Positions 62,208-64,000 of a DNA stretch of 64,000 nucleotides are shown one piece after another. The translations under genes and the position numbers were made by a program. This stretch comes from Hormiphora californensis. Its lineage: Eukaryota > Animalia > Ctenophora. The notes under the pieces were generated by a model. That model was not told the DNA's origin. It worked only from the letters and a program-made list of their open reading frames with translations, and searched no databases. The stretch is from the NCBI GenBank assembly GCA_020137815.1, contig CM035355.1, positions 3,038,001 through 3,102,000 on the forward strand, read 5' to 3'. The stretch's first letter is position 1. Every line of letters begins with the position of its first letter.

Positions 62208-62443
62208 TCTCTTACGGGATAGATCACCAATAAGCCCATCCACTAAGTGATACTCTGACTAACACGGTATTAGTTGGCAAACCCCAACCACCAACCTATA
62301 AATCAAAGATTATCTCGTTAAGAGCAAGTGACGAGTGATGAATCTGAGTTGAACGCTCTCAGAGGGCGGAGTTCAGATGTTTTTAATTATTTTATTTGTT
62401 ACAGTCTACAGGCATGTTTCTAATTATTTCATTTGTTACAGGC

Positions 62444-63483
62444 ATGGCCATGGCACGATCAGATAATGGTGTCCTAACTATGTACCTGGGTCCTGAAAGC
62501 TGTACAGTTGGTGCACTAGCTGGCCTCAATAGGACTCTATTTGTGGACTTCAAAAACGATATCAAGCGAAATCTTCCTAAACAGGTGGGATTTTCTTTGT
62601 TAAATTCGATCATAACATTTGATGACACTAAAATTGACATAAAATGACCTCTCTCCGTTTCTCTAGTTCCTCACATCACCCCATTCTCTCAGTCAGATCT
62701 CCAGGAGTCGCTATGGGAAGGGAAAGTAGATCAAATCTCAAAGTGTGATCCGCCACCCGACTCCATAAACCCATATAAACCTGAGACAGCGCTACACTGG
62801 AGTCAGATAGCATACGATAGTAAGAGGACTGTTGAGTTGGAATACTGTTCTGAATTTGGTAGTTACCACAGTGGTAGAGGAATGTTTAGGAACCAGGGTC
62901 TGGGGGAGGAGATAGAGGACCGGTGTAGGAGAGAGGTGGAGGCAATGGACTGTTTTTCGGTAGGATATTATACATAGTTGACAGTTGACAATTTATCACC
63001 TGTAAATTTAGATCAACAAAATATACCAATTTACTCAATTTCAAATTACCAGGGAATGGCATTTGTGGCCGACAGAGATCAGTCAGGTTGGAATGGCGTG
63101 TTATCCTCTCTTTTCCCCCTTCTTGATGATGCCTACGGGAAACGATCCAAGTTCACCCTCTCCGTCGGAGGAAATGAGACACCTGGATTGTTTGAGTTTG
63201 ATTCTCTTTCCTCAGAATCAGTTTGCTCCTTCATAAACACATCTCAGCTGAAGGGTCAGTGTGCTCCTTCATAAATACATCCAAACTAAAAGTGCTCCTT
63301 TATAAAGTTTTCTTTCCCTTCCAGGTTTTACTGGACTACTAAACAAGGATATAACATACCACCGGGCTGCTCTAGTTTCCTTATTCCTCCGCCAATGTGA
63401 TGCTTGTTACAGTGGCACTCATTTTAAAGAAGTCCTATCTTATCTTTCTCCCCTCTCCCGGAATATTGTAACAAGCTTTCTTG
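62444..63483 (+). CDS. MSTO1: Misato/DML1-like tubulin-related protein, multi-exon, 3' end uncertain
   Basis: RTLFVDFK, WEGKV, HWS, GEEIEDRCRREVEAMDCFSGMAFVAD..SGWNGV..LDDAYGK resembles Misato EDRLHFYVEECDYLQGFQ..GFSG..LQDEY. Confidence 0.7.
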
Positions 63484-64000
63484 GTAAGGAATCAATACCA
63501 CTTCTATCTATCTTGCAAAGTAAAGCGTTATCGCCGGCACTAGGAGAGTAGCCCCCCCCCCCCCCCGTCAGGAACTACCACAGGCAGGTTCACGTTATAA
63601 GTGGTGGGACCGGGATTGTACTCTCCTCCGAAAGTCGCAAGACTTTTTGTTCATGTTGTATTTATGTCCTAGCTCAGTGACTTATCCCTATGCGACAAGC
63701 AGGGATAAAGTCTTGTTTGAGCTCTCTATATCTTCCTGATTTTGGCTTTTGAGAATTAGTGCTCTCTCTAAATTTTTATGGCATCCGTATGTTCCCCATT
63801 AGTGAGTTGTTACACGCGATAAGCGACTTCAGAACACAAGGATTGTCGCTATATTTACCTGTTTAACAAAGTCATCTACTTTGGAATGGGTAAGGGTGGG
63901 GGAGGTGGAGGAGTGGGGTGGGTGGAGGTGTGGGTAGAGGCAAATAATAGAGACTAAATGTGGCTACATATTATGATTTGTTTAGTCGCTGGATATACCA

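Noticed and set aside
61157-62250. ER/SL dipeptide ORFs (also 38151-38490)
   Set aside because: (GA)n microsatellite translations.

Overview
Eukaryotic (animal-type) genomic DNA with compact, intron-rich genes and heavy transposon load. Short introns, a nested intronic gene and AG acceptors just before start codons suggest a non-bilaterian such as a ctenophore (inference only). Genes: USP5/13, MTHFS, a FLASH-N-terminus-like gene and CLEC16A (all minus strand, tightly packed); an RWD+RING gene, PDPK1 with a nested antisense PAN-like/TM gene, tRNA-Ala(AGC), a RAVER-like RRM gene with zinc knuckles, two tandem calmodulin-like genes and a Misato-like gene. Mobile DNA: five 1.4-3.3 kb foldback elements, several MITEs, and a 13-kb retroelement nest (CRE/RLE, L2-like, other LINE) bracketed by a 16-bp direct repeat. 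The most striking unexplained pattern is repeated tandem 'echoing' of splice junctions in four genes; in USP5 each echo is a GT..AG unit compatible with recursive splicing. Exon coordinates were read by eye, and a few single-base frame breaks may be assembly errors.
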